A stretch of DNA of 63,621 nt, the filler included, from Octopus bimaculoides (taxonomy: Eukaryota): the NCBI RefSeq assembly GCF_001194135.2. It is 6 parts of 6 records of this genome, joined end to end, with 100 filler letters (N's around TTAATTAATTAA, not from the genome) between each part and the next. Parts side by side here need not be neighbours in the genome. Positions count along the whole stretch, not along the records: positions 1 to 18,377 come from NC_068992.1; 5 more parts are not named here. One strand, 5' to 3'. Below are positions 1 through 11,689 of the stretch, in pieces; the stretch's first letter is position 1, and each line of letters opens with the position of its first letter. Position numbers and translations under genes: made by a program. Under the pieces are notes generated by a model. It saw only the letters and a list, made by a program, of their open reading frames with translations. It ran no database searches and was not told where the DNA came from.

Positions 1-996
1 TAATCAATTTAATGAAGTGGTTTTTCCTAATGAAAGAATTAATTTCTTAGTGTCTGAAAATATTTCAATCCTAAAAATTTGGGATTGGACAGAAATTTAT
101 TTTAGATTGCATTTTTTTCTTTTTTTTATTAACTTTATTAAATTTTAATTTCATTTCAATATTATATATACATTTTTTTTAATGTTGATTTGATTTAATG
201 AAAAAGATCAAAGACAGAGCAAAAAATAAATAACCTAAAACACAAAACAAACAAGCAAAAAGAAATATATATAAATATATATATATATAATGGGAAAGAA
301 ACATAGAAATGAATTACACAGTTTATTGAAAGTCTTGTGAAATAATCATGGCTTTATTATTTTATTACTTTGCTATAACTGGAGTCTGTCATATTACTCC
401 GAATTGTTGGTCATGAACATTTGTAATGTGTCAAATGCTACACCCACCTTTCAAGAGACTGACACTTAAATCAGGAAAAATCTAGTTAGTGATTTGTAAA
501 TATTCAATTAAGTTCTGTTGGCAGGAAAATCAGGAAATATCTGAGTATTTGATAGAAATTTACATCCTAATCTTCAATAATAAAAGAAACAGATTTAATT
601 GCTTTGATGCTGTGTCAGTGTGTGGAAGTCTTTTTAAATTCAATACAGTTAATTCTATGGACAGTGGCCAATACATTTCTGCAATAATATTATTATCGAT
701 GGTGATGAATATGGTGATGGTGATGGTGATGACGACGACGATGACGATGACAATGACGATGATTATAATGATGATTAATATATATATACGATGATGATGA
801 TGTTGACAATGGTAATGATTATGTTGATGATCTGTTCATTTTATTTGCCATTAAGGCCTATTCATTCACATAAAAATGTGTTAGAATGTGGGTACAGGAC
901 TTTTATAGATGTTACACACGTTTATATAAAAGATGGGGTGGGGAGCAGAAACACAATTTTGGCAAATAAATATCGGTAAATTTATAGAAAATAATG

Positions 997-2292
997 CGAG
1001 AGTGGACTGAAAAGTTCATAGGCTGACTATAAAGGAATGATGCTAGAGCTGTGAAATCTTGCATGCATTAATTCCAGCCCTTCTTATTTATAACTGCATT
1101 GTTTCTCTTTTGGTAAACTGACATGTGACTGTTCAAAGAAGACTTCGAAAGTAACTAGTAGCAGCTTCTCTCAAAAATGGTCAAAATTTGATATCATCAT
1201 GTTATCAAGTACCTGCAGAGGAAGGGCTTAGCCACCAATGACATTCATGCCAGCATGGTTGCTACATTAGGGGAAAATGCTCCAGGTTTATCAAAGTGCC
1301 AAAGTGGGCAGCAGAATTTGGAAAGGGAATGGAGAGTCTTGAAGATGACCCAAGGTCTGGACGTTCTGAAACAGCTACCACCAAGGTAATGATTGATTGT
1401 GTTCACCACAGGCAATGACTATAAATCAAGCAGCTAATTCTATTAACTAATCAAATTGCCAATCCTGTCTCATGAAGGAGTTGAGAATATTCTGCACAAT
1501 AAACTTGGCATGACAAAAGTTTATGTTAGGTCGGTGTCATGTCTTCTGACACCTAATGAAAAGTGCACCAGGCTGATTGCATCATGGGAAAATCTGATAT
1601 TGCTTGAGGCAGATCTAGCTGGTTTCCTGGAACGTTTCCCAACTCAGAATGAGTGTTGGGCTTGTTACTTTGAGAAAAAGATAAAGAGACAATTGATGCA
1701 GTAGAAACACTCCTTTTCACCTGCTCTAAAGAAAGCCAAGGTTGTTTCAACTGTAAGGAAAGGTGATGGCCTCAGTTTTTTGGGATGCAAAAGGCATTGT
1801 GTTTATTGACTATCTTCAAAAGGACCACTTCAATGGAAATTACTATGCCAACTTGCTGAGGCAGTTATGAAAGACTACCAAGAGTAAACTTCCACGAAAC
1901 CTGAATGAAGGTGTCTGTTTTATAAGAATAGTGCTCCAACACACAAGTCCTTAGTTTCAATGGCTGTTGAGCATGTCTGTGGCTTTGAACTGGTTGATCA
2001 CCCTCCCTATTCTTCTGATTTGACTCTATCTGACTATCATTTGTTCCTCCACATGAAAAACACTTGGCTTAGAAACCACTACATCAGGGATGATGATATG
2101 TCTGTTGTTGATGACTTTTTTTTTTTTACCAACAAGATGAAAGCTTCTTCATCAATGAGATCCATCCAATCACTGCAACACCGATAAAAGTGTGTGGTTT
2201 ACAAGGGTGATTATATTGCAAAATAAACTCTTTTTGGTTACATTCCATTTTAGTATCTTGATCACTCTATGAACTTTTCAGCCGACATTCAC
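997..2292 (+). mobile_element. Decayed near full-length mariner transposon
   Basis: Imperfect terminal inverted repeats (GAGAGTGGACTGAAAAGTTCATAG / CTATGAACTTTTCAGCCGACATTC). Frameshifted transposase has RSVSCLLTPNEK (WVPRLLT-like) and HPPYSSDLTLSDYHLF (YSPDLAPSDYHLF motif). Confidence 0.9.
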
Positions 2293-2916
2293 ATGTGTTT
2301 CTATATACTCTAATTTACCCATTGAAACAGATATCTTTCCTCACATTGAGTAGAGCTTCATCCAGCTGCTTTTTCTTTCTTTTGTTTTTTTAGTGTGGGC
2401 ATTTGGAAGCTCATTCCAGTTTTTGAGAGGCCAGGGCATGTTACTTTCCTCCTCGCTTCTTCCTGGATTTATTCTTATAACCAAGAATGTACTCTCTTTC
2501 AAAGCACAACTCCTCTGATTATTTTCTATTCTTAACAAATGATGTCCAGTAATTCTTTTTGGTGAACCACATTAACAAAACTTGTATCAAAATTTTAGCT
2601 ATTATCACTTGTGTCAATAGACAAATATCTCAGACGCTTTCTTTATTATACAAAATGCTGCAGGCCTTGGAGACAATATTTCTTGCCTTTAGGTCAACAA
2701 ATGAAACAAATAACATTTGTTGACGACTTCAGTGACAATTGTATTCTTGTCAGTGAATTTTCCGGGAAAATATGTTTTCTGTTGCTTTTATTTGGGTATC
2801 TTTTAAAGTGCAATATTGTTTTGGTTAGACACAGACAACTTGACCACACTTGCCTGAGTACTCAGAATATGAAAACCAAAACAATTACTGATAAATCATT
2901 GAATGTTCTGCTTTAA

Positions 2917-3137
2917 CCCTTTCATTACTGTATTTATTCTGAGATGCTCTGTGTTTCTTTCAATTACTTCAAATATAACAAAGAATTTAGTAAAATAGAT
3001 TAGTTATCATTCAGCTAGTGTTAGGAACATAAATTGCGACTAAGGCTTGGTGGAAGATTTTAATTCAAAACTTAATAAAAACAAGACATTTGTACTCAGA
3101 GCCAGAGCCGGTCTCAGCCGGGTTGGTAACGAAAGGG
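2917..3137. mobile_element. piggyBac-type MITE with TTAA target duplication
   Basis: TTAA-CCCTTTCATTAC at 2913 and GTAACGAAAGGG-TTAA ending at 3141; no coding capacity. Confidence 0.8.
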
Positions 3138-3654
3138 TTAAAAATTCTACCAATCCACTGGCCTGGAATATTACCTGATTTTATAAACCCCAGAAGAATG
3201 CAAAACAAAGTTGACCACAACAAAGTTTGAACTTCAGACATAGAGAGCCGGAGCAAATATAGCAATATATTTTGTCCAATGCGCAAATGTTTTTACCAAT
3301 TTACTTCTTAAAGAAAGCAGTGTGAAAAAAATCAACAACACCGGACAGCTTCTATCTGTTAGTGATAAATTGCTGTTATCAGACCACACTCTGCAATAGT
3401 GTAGAAAATTTGGGAAAAAAGAATCATTTTTATGTAACACTAAAGAGGAAAGCAACAACAAAAATGATTGATTGTGAGCACAGTTTTACATTAAATTTAA
3501 ATTTGTCTCTTACTATATTTTGTTCTTTGACTCACCATTTCCTACTGGTGCAACACTATTAACTACTATTTAAGGCTATCAACAGTGTGTGTCCTAAATA
3601 CTTTGTAGATGTTTAAGGCTGTAAGAGTCAGTCATAATCACAGAGCAAAGTCTT

Positions 3655-3892
3655 TCTTCATCCTTTATCTGTTTCAGTCATTACACTTTAGTCATTAGAT
3701 TGCGGTCATGCTGGGGCATGGCCTTGAAGTATTGTCAGTCGAATGAATCGACCTCAATAGATTTTTTTAAAGCCTGGTACTTATTCTATTGATAACTCTT
3801 GCCACTAAGTTATGGAGACATAAACACACCACCACCAATTGTCAAGTGGTGGGGGAGACAAACACGGACACAAAGACACACACACACATGTT

Positions 3893-3931
<39 letters not shown>

Positions 3932-4490
3932 CGGGAGCGTGCCATCAGTAATTACTCAGGGTAGGCAGTTGGTGATATTTATATAGTGAAACGCAAAAAA
4001 ACAAGTGAAACACGGGTGTGAGACTGAGTTGGAGACAGAATTACTTCTGCCTTTATAGAGCGGAAAGAAAACGTTGTTGTAAGAATGTACGCAGCAGTAC
4101 TATATGTAGTTTTAATACTGAAATTGAAAGGCCTACCTAATCTACAAAAAAAAAATAAGATATTTTGCATTTTATGTATAGTAATCAGAGTAACCTTCAT
4201 AATTTTATTGAATTAGGTACATATTTTGCCATAAAAAGAAAATGTTGCTATCGATCAATTTTATTCATGGTAGGCATTGCCTACCTTGCCTACCCAGGCA
4301 GCACATCCTTGATACATATACATATATATGAGAGGTTTCTTTCAGTTTCCGTCTACCAAATCCACTCACAAGGCTTTGGTCTGCCTGAGGCTATGGTAGA
4401 AGACACTTGCCTAAGGTGCAACAGAGTAGGACTGAACCCAGAACCATGAGGTTTGGAAAGCAAGCTTCTTACCACGCAGCCACACTTGTG
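3655..4490 (-). mobile_element. tRNA-derived SINE (family A) split by an insertion at 3932-4311
   Basis: Tail TTTCAGTCAT at ~3665, internal (TG)n, and body plus tRNA-like head resuming at 4312-4490. Same sequence as the copy at 31041-31434. Confidence 0.85.
3932..4311. mobile_element. Non-autonomous DNA element, probably hAT-like, inserted in a SINE microsatellite
   Basis: Degenerate inverted termini CGGGAGCGTGCCATCAG...GGTAGGCAG and TGCCTACCTTGCCTACCCAGGCAGCACATCCTTG; it interrupts a SINE. Confidence 0.6.
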
Positions 4491-4943
4491 AATATGAGTT
4501 TTCAGTATTTACTGAGTCAAACAATTTTTTGTAAATGATTTAATATGGTTAGTTAGTGATAAAGGGGGTGAAGTTTTTTATCTTTTATAAGTTAAAGAAT
4601 TTCCAGCTCAGAGATGAAATGGAAAAAAAATGAAAAAAAAAAAAAAAAGAAAAAAGAAACATTAACCAAAAGGCAGGAAATATTATGTCTCAGGTCTGCA
4701 GCTTTTTGTCTAATAAAGGAAAAAATATCTGAGACATTTACAACTTGACACAAGTGGCAGTCAGTAGCTAACATTTTAAATACAAGTTTTGTTAATGATA
4801 CAGATTTCCTATGGCTGGATACTCTTCCTGTAACCAACATCTACAAGAAGGATAACAACAGCAATGGTAATGGCATTATTAAATACATTTATGAATTTGT
4901 TTTTCAAGATTCTTGATATGAAATCATGTGTTGAAAGAGATAT

Positions 4944-5115
4944 TGTTATATTTGAGGATGGTTACTTTTTTTTCCTTGCCAAATAAGAACACATATTATA
5001 TATGTGTTCTTCACTTGTTTATTAAAATAAGGACGATGATAAATGAGTTAAGAACGAATATATAGTCAGTTTGTTTATTTGGTAAGAAAAAAAATGACCA
5101 TCCTGAAATATAACA
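4944..5115. mobile_element. Small MITE with ~45-bp inverted arms
   Basis: TGTTATATTTGAGGATGGTTACTTTTTTTTCCTTGCCAAATAA matches the reverse complement of TTATTTGGTAAGAAAAAAAATGACCATCCTGAAATATAACA. A related left end occurs at ~36340. Confidence 0.65.
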
Positions 5116-5476
5116 CTACATTATTAAATAGATAACGATAAACAATAATAACAATATAAAGCAATAAAATAATAATATAATATCTCTAAAATGTATAGGG
5201 CAGTTTGGAGAACCCACCACACAATTCTGGATTGCTCTGTCATAGCAATGACATCTGACCTTTTCCCAGTCCTTGTTATAAACCTACATCCAGATTGTTA
5301 GAATAGACTTATTTATTTCCTTAAGACCTATTTTTCTCAGACATTTGTAGTTGTCACCAAATCCTGAACCATGTGAAACATGAGTTCAAATAATGTTGGT
5401 TGTGAGAAGTAAAGTTTAGCTTCATTTTATTAAAAAAAAAAAAAAATTACCCAGTCAAAAAATTTCCTGGTTGCAT

Positions 5477-5516
<40 letters not shown>

Positions 5517-5680
5517 AGTGTTTTTGTTTTCCTCACTTTATGTCATAAATTTCTCCAAATTTTTTTCCAAGTTTGATTTTTATGCTTAGTTGCAGTTAGT
5601 ATGTTATTATATAGTGATGTAAGAAATCTATGGTATTATCTATGAATGATTTGTTTATTATTATTATTATTATTATTATT

Positions 5681-6142
5681 CAGTAGTTTTATTTTTATAA
5701 CGTGCTTTCACTTCACTACCGAGCGCAGCTCTGTGCGCCTTGGGTATGTGCTGTGGTTTGCTGTGGTGCTCTTATGTTTACTGTATTGAAAGTGTTTTGC
5801 GTAGAATGTGTGCAGTACCCAGTAGTGCAATTTTCTGTATGTTATATATATTTGTAAGTCCTGGTGTTTTTGTTATGTATTTGTCTGAATATTTTTTTAT
5901 TATACCTAAGGCACCTACTATGATAGGAATTGTTTCTGTTTTTAGATTCCACATTCGAGTTATCTCTATTTCCAGGTCTTTGTATTTTGAAAGTTTTTCC
6001 ATTTCTTTTAGAGAAACGTTGTCATCTGCTGGTATTGAAACATCAATTAGAAGGCATTTTTTTCCTTCATGATCTTTGACAACTATATCTGGTCTATTTG
6101 CCTTAATTTCTCTATCTGTGTGTATTGGCATATATTGGCATA

Positions 6143-6143
<1 letters not shown>
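5681..6143 (-). mobile_element. 5'-truncated R4/Dong-clade non-LTR retrotransposon: RLE endonuclease end plus 3' UTR, within (TAA)n
   Basis: Open frame IHTDREIKANRPDIVVKD...LLIDVSIP...EKLSKYKDL...PIIVGALG...QKIALLGTAHILRK, the PD..D/E-K restriction-like endonuclease of RLE clades. Stop at 5778, ~97-nt 3' UTR, (TTA)n on both sides. Confidence 0.85.
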
Positions 6144-6184
<41 letters not shown>

Positions 6185-6774
6185 CATTATTATTATTATT
6201 ATAACAGCAACAGCAACAACAAAGTCTATGTAACATACTTCATTACAAAAGATATTTGTTTTATTGAACATCATATCTTTCTTTTTAAATCTATAATGTA
6301 AAGATTACCCATTGTGAATTGTTTATATCATAATTCAAATTCAGGAAAAAGAGAAAGCAAGCTTTCACTCAGTACCATTCTTTAACAAAAACCATTTCCA
6401 ACTGCAGAGAAGTCCAGTTGGCATATTTTCTAAAAGTATCCACATCTATTCTTAAAAGCTTTTTTGCTCTCCTTAGTATTTTTCTTTTTTTTTTCTTGCT
6501 GTAGCTGATATAAATTTGAAGAATTCTGAGAGTTCGAATAGATCAAATAGAATATTCCCTAGCTTGTTATCATTTCTCATTCTTGTACATGCATAAAGAG
6601 AGTCCTGAAATCAGCTATTTATAATGATATTTGGTAAGACTGCTGTTTTGCTACAAAAACTGTATGAATTCAATCATTAATTGCGAAAGTAAAACTGCTA
6701 AAAATATTCCAGAAGCATCTGCAGTATTTCTGGATTAAATATACAAACAGAGATAGTGAAAGAGGTGAGGAAAT

Positions 6775-7500
6775 GAGATGGCTGTGTGGTGAAGAAGTTT
6801 ACTTCTCAACCAAACAGTTTTGGGTTCAATCAAAAAGGTGGTGAGCTAGCAGAAACGTTAGCATGCCAGGTGAAATGCTTAGCGGTATTTCGTCTGCCGC
6901 TACGTTCTGAGTTCAAATTCCACCGAGGTCGACGTTGCCTATCATCCTTTCAGAGTCGATTAAATGAGTACCAGTTACACACTGGAGTTGATATAATCGA
7001 CCTTATCCGTTTGTCTGTCCTTGTTTGTCCCTTCTGTGTGTAGCCTCTTGTGGGCAGTAAAGAAATAGGTTTTGGGTTCAATCCCACTGCATGGCATCTT
7101 GGGCAAATGCTTTCTACTATAAACCTGGGCTGATCAAAATTTGATAGATTGAAATGGAACGAGATGCCTGTTGTGTTTATGTGTATGTATATATGTATGT
7201 GCCGGCATGCATGTGTGTGAGTATGTGCAAGCATTTGTGTGAGCATATGCAAGCATGTGTGTGTGTGTGTGTTTGTGTGAGTATGTGTGTTTGTGTTTCC
7301 TTGTCTTGGCATGACATTTTACCTGCAAATGAATATCATTGTCATACGAGTGGTATCATTCATTTCCACAAAACATGTCTGGTGATGGGGAAGCAAGTGA
7401 GGATTGGTGACAGGAAAAACATCTGGCCATAGAATATCTTCCTGGATAAATTCCATCCACCCTATGTAAGCATGGAAAAGTGGACGTTAAGATGATGATC
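6775..7500 (+). mobile_element. Family A SINE with RTE-type tail, interrupted by a nested SINE
   Basis: tRNA-like head from ~6775 resumes at 7084; internal (TG)n; tail GCATGGAAAAGTGGACGTTAAGATGATG. Confidence 0.8.
6832..7068 (+). mobile_element. Family B (Nin/Deu-like domain) SINE nested with a 15-bp target-site duplication
   Basis: Head GGTGGTGAGCTAGCAGAAACGTTAGC, central GCCTATCATCCTTTCAGAGTCGATTAAATGAGTACCAG. GTTTTGGGTTCAATC is duplicated at 6817-6831 and 7069-7083. Confidence 0.85.
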
Positions 7501-7894
7501 ATGGTGGTGGTGGTGGTGGTGGTGGCAGCTGCAGTGAAGGCAATGAACCAAACCCATCATCAATAACACGAGAACCATCGCTACCATCACCACCATAATT
7601 AGCCAATGCTAACACCACATTCTTTCACCCCATCACCAGCCCCACTATCTATTGCTATTAATGGTAGAAATGATTATTATATCGATTATTTTCCTTCTAA
7701 ATTTGTTCTTAAATATCAAATAAATTAGTTGAGTTGAGTCTGAGATTTTTAGTGTAATATCTTGTTTACACAAGTTTCAAATATTGCTAAGTTGGATATT
7801 TTCTTTTATCCTTCTGGGAGTCAATAAAATCAAAATAAAGTCGTTTCACTGGCTACCTAGTTGCCTGACTAGATTGAATCACTAGATTCAATCT

Positions 7895-8271
7895 ACCACT
7901 CTCTACCAATGAACTCCCTTTGATTACTATTTTATTCGGGTTGACCCCGACCCATAGCCATTTGATGTTTAGAAGTTAGTTTTATAGATAATTCTTACAT
8001 AATCCCTATTTTATTTTTTATGCCTTACCTTGTATAGGTTTATAATTGCATTCTCTGAGAGAACATTTTTCAGTGACCAGACACATGTTGAACTATGTTA
8101 AGCATTAAGATAAGAATCCCAGCTGTTTCTTGCAATATAAACGCCTAAAGTAAAATGGTTTTCATGTACCCTAAAATACTACTGTGGATCCCCAGTTTAC
8201 TATTTTGCTTGCATGAACCCCATAAAATTCTGTATGGACCTCCGGGGGTCATATGGGCCCTTGTTGACAAC
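7895..8271 (-). mobile_element. hAT (Charlie-like) MITE
   Basis: Aligns along its length, inverted, with 9135-9495. Shared motifs include AAAATAGTAAACTGG, GAAACAGCTGGG and ATGGCTATGGG...AATAAAATAGTAATCAAAGGG. Confidence 0.7.
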
Positions 8272-8660
8272 CAGTTATCATATTGTATAAATTTTGCTTT
8301 ACTTTTATTGTCAGTGGGATTTGAACCAAGATATTATCAAGAAATTATCAATCCATAGTAAAAACATTTGAAGATTCTTTAATTTCATTATTATCATTGC
8401 CTAAAATGGATTTGCTTCTTAAACCTAATTCAATCTTAGCTGAGTTAATTAGTCTGCATTTTGGTCTTATGTAAAAGTCATGTTTATGATCTTTTGGTGT
8501 AATGAAAGCTTCTTTCTTAACTAGACATTCAGTTTTTTTTTATCTACATTGAATTTCTTTTGTGATGGCTTTAGCTTCCATGATAGTAGAGTTATAAATA
8601 TCTGGATCAGACATTTAGTATTTATCTCTAATGCTATTTACTAATATTTTATTATGTATA
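8272..8660 (-). mobile_element. Penelope-like element (PLE) reverse transcriptase fragment, decayed
   Basis: My minus-strand translation is SDPDIYNSTIMEAKAITKEIQCR*KKTECLVKKEAFITPKDHKHDFYIRPKCRLINSAKIELG...WFKS/NKSKAKFIQYD. This resembles the PLE RT motifs TLKDHK..NF..PKCRLINP.K and FIQFDI. Confidence 0.75.
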
Positions 8661-8724
8661 TTCCTATCAATCTAGGATATATTGCTGGTCTTATTCAAAA
8701 ATATAAACATACCATCAGAATTCT

Positions 8725-9130
8725 TAGCATCATCATTTAACACCCTGCTGGCAGGTTTGAACAGTTTGACAGGAGTTGACCAGCTGAAGGGCTGTTGAGG
8801 CTCCCTGTCTGTTTTGGCATGATTTGTGTGACTGGATGACTTTCCTAATGCCAACCATTTTACAGAGTGTACTGAGTGCTTTCATGCAGAACCGGCACTC
8901 ATGCTTTTTATGTGGTACTAGTACCTATGAGCCCACAAGATTAGGGAGAGATCAACTGAAGGGGGTTGCAGGGGGTGTACCTGTATGCAAGGACAACCAT
9001 GTTTTACTTAGCTTGACATGTTTTTTTAAGCACAGCAAACCAAGAGTCTTGGTCCCCTATCATCCCCTCTGTAATTCCCAACGTCTGTGAGTCTTAAATA
9101 GCCGTATAATTTAGCTAACTTAGATCGGAG
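8725..9130 (-). mobile_element. RTE LINE 3' end
   Basis: Reverse complement of the GGTTGGCATTAGGAAAGTCATCCAG...TTAAATGATGATG tail also seen at 24335-24510. Confidence 0.7.
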
Positions 9131-9134
9131 CAGG

Positions 9135-9495
9135 TTAGAACAGGGGTCCTTGACAAAGGTCCATATGGCCCTTAAGGGTTCATATAAGATTTTTGAGCAT
9201 GGTTCATGCAGCAAAATAGTAAACTGGAGAGCCACAATAGTATTTGAAGGGTCCCTGAAAATATTTTGCTTTAAATGTATGTATTGGTATGTATAGCAAG
9301 AAACAGCTGGGTTTCTATCTCTAACATTTTGCATGGTTCAACCTACATAAGTGAACGTAAAAAAAGCATAATAGGAATTTTGGAAGAATTTTCTTTAAAA
9401 CTATTTTTTAACCATCGAATGGCTATGGGGGTCCACCAGAATAAAATAGTAATCAAAGGGATCCATACATAAAAAAATGGTTGAGAACTCCAAGG
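9135..9495 (+). mobile_element. hAT (Charlie-like) MITE
   Basis: Starts CAGGGGTCC..., contains GGGGGTCCA subrepeats, ends AAAAAATGGTTGAGAACTCC; second copy of 7895-8271. Confidence 0.7.
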
Positions 9496-9699
9496 TCAGA
9501 ATAAGAGCTCTTACTAAATCTAATCATGGAAATAAGGCCCAGCAACATGGTAATTCAACATGATTTGATCTCAAAGGTCACCAAAGCTAGATTCTCATTA
9601 TCTCTATTCATAATACACTTCATCATAACACAGAATTCTTAAAATTCTTTGAGCAAGTTTCTATTTTATTATGCATGAAAAATATCCCTTCCATTTATA

Positions 9700-10110
9700 G
9701 GCACTGATGTGGCAGTGTTATAAGAAGTTTACTTCCCAACCAGAGGGTCCTAGTTTCAGTCCCACTGCATAGCATATAGGGCGAGTACCTTCTACTATAG
9801 CCTTGGGTCAGCCAAAGCCTTGTGAATGGATTTGGTAGATGGAGACTGAAAGAAGCCTGCCGTATAAGTGTGTGTATGTGTTTATGTGTGTGTATGTGTG
9901 TGTATGTGCATGTGTATGTTTTGTGCTTATGTATGTCACCATCTATTGACTACAGGTGGTGGTGTGTTTCTGTTTCCCTAACTTAGCAGTTTGGGAAAAG
10001 AACCAATAGAAAAAGTACCAAGTGGGTTGATTTGTTTGACTAAAATTCTTGAAGGTGGTGCCACAGCATGGTCACGGTCTGATGACTGAAACAAGTAAAA
10101 GGAAAATAAA
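9700..10110 (+). mobile_element. Family A SINE, full length
   Basis: tRNA-like head, body CAAAGCCTTGTGAATGGATTTGGTAG, (TG)n, tail GACTGAAACAAGTAAAAG. Confidence 0.85.
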
Positions 10111-10112
10111 GG

Positions 10113-10303
10113 GGATCAAAGATTCCTCCAGTTTGGTCAGCAAGATATTTCACATGAAATATGTCTTTGGGTTTGTTAAAACTACGGCTAAAATGTCAAG
10201 TGAAATCAAAGGATATATATGTCACAATTTTCCTGTATATATGAATTAAACTCTTGTCTAGTCAGGAAAATATCATTTGAAACATTTGTATCTGAATTTG
10301 CTG
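10113..10303 (+). repeat. 191-bp segment duplicated at 11931-12121
   Basis: Direct repeat with about 7 substitutions counted by eye. Confidence 0.95.
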
Positions 10304-10844
10304 CTACCCTGAGAAATCAAAGGATATTTCATACAAATTTGCTGAAGTAAGCTCTCAGATCTTTTTGAATTTCATACAGTATTTATACACCTGACTGTTA
10401 TATTTCAAGTATGTAAGGAAAAGATGTCTGCATAATACTGCATGTATAATACAGATGTATGTATACAGGCACAAGTAGGGCTGTGTGGTAAGAAGTTTGT
10501 TTCCCAAACACATGGTTCTGGGTTCAGTCCCACTGCATTACACCCTAGACATGCCTACCATTAATGTTGTTCACAGCAGAGAGTCAGTATAACACAGAAT
10601 CAGATGGTAGTATGTAATGTTTCACCAAAATGGAGAATTATAATTGTCAGTACATGTGACTACATTGCTAGAAATAAGAACTAAAATACTCTAATGCACA
10701 TTAATGTAAACACATGCACTAACAGAGACCTTACTTGTCCGAAAAGTGTCAATATTTATATAAATATAGTTAATCCCTATACATTTTTTCTCCCTCCGAT
10801 TTTTTTTTGTTGTCACTCCATTTTTTTCTTTGAAATACACATAC

Positions 10845-10980
10845 TGCTCATTTTTGCCTGCAAAGTAGACTGGAACAGAGTGAAATAAAGTGTCTTGCTC
10901 AAGGATACAATGCACTGCCAGGATTTGAACTCATAATCTTACAATTGTGAGCTAAATTCCATGACCACTAACCTAAGTAC
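10845..10980 (-). mobile_element. CORE-like tRNA SINE fragment (family D)
   Basis: AAATAAAGTGTCTTGCTCAAGGA and GGATTTGAACTC (B-box reverse complement); related to 35305-35600. Confidence 0.6.
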
Positions 10981-11356
10981 ATTCTGCTTGATATCCTTTA
11001 CTGTTGTAAATCTGTTCGATAAATACAAGGAAACAAGAAGTGATATTGTGCTTTTGATCATAATGGTGATTAGTATCAATGCAAATAATTAAAAGATGAA
11101 TTATTTTTTCTTTTGCCATTATACAACTGTTTAACATTTATATCTTCAGCCTGTTCTTGTCAGTTAAATATTTATCAGAAGAAAAGTAGTTCACAGAATC
11201 AAATTAATTCTGACAACATGCCAATTCTATTTCTCCCACTTTAACCCTGTTGTGTATATGACAACAGACGTTTTTTATACAAGTGTACAGGGCCAATTTT
11301 CTAAGAAGGTGCATGTGTACATACATACATACGTATGTATGTCTGTATGTATGTAT

Positions 11357-11395
<39 letters not shown>

Positions 11396-11423
11396 GACAC
11401 GTATGTGCATATGTATGTATCTA

Positions 11424-11618
11424 CAAGAGGGTGCTGAAAAGTTCTTGACGTTAAGAATATTGTGAAAGGCCTGGTTGGAGGCCCAAACTTCTGAGTTCTT
11501 TTACAAGGTTTAGAAAAACTTTAGGATCATTGCAATAAGTGTGTGAATCTGAGAGGAGAATATGTTGAATAAAATCATAATTAACTGATCCTCCTACATT
11601 TTCTTTTACCCAAAGAAT
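11424..11618 (+). mobile_element. Internally deleted mariner derivative
   Basis: TA-CAAGAGGGTGCTGAAAAGTTC terminus resembling the TIR at 997, joined to a mariner 3' end (GGAGAATATGTTGAATAA). Confidence 0.65.
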
Positions 11619-11689
11619 ATACACACACACAAACATATATATATATAAATATGTTCCTTTTGGCTGCCTGTCATAAGTTGATGTTGACT

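Noticed and set aside
564-678. Minus-strand exon candidate EMYWPLSIELTVLNLKRLP...
   Set aside because: Weak donor and an equally open plus-strand frame; there is no independent support.
3175-3390. 216-nt minus-strand segment with good acceptor and donor
   Set aside because: No single frame is open across it; a frameshift at an A5 run would be needed.
8030-8093. Minus-strand exon-like segment STCVWSLKNVLSENAIINLYK with AAG|GTAAGG donor
   Set aside because: It lies inside the hAT MITE interior, whose flanking parts align with 9315-9420, so it is repeat-derived. Exonisation cannot be excluded without RNA data.
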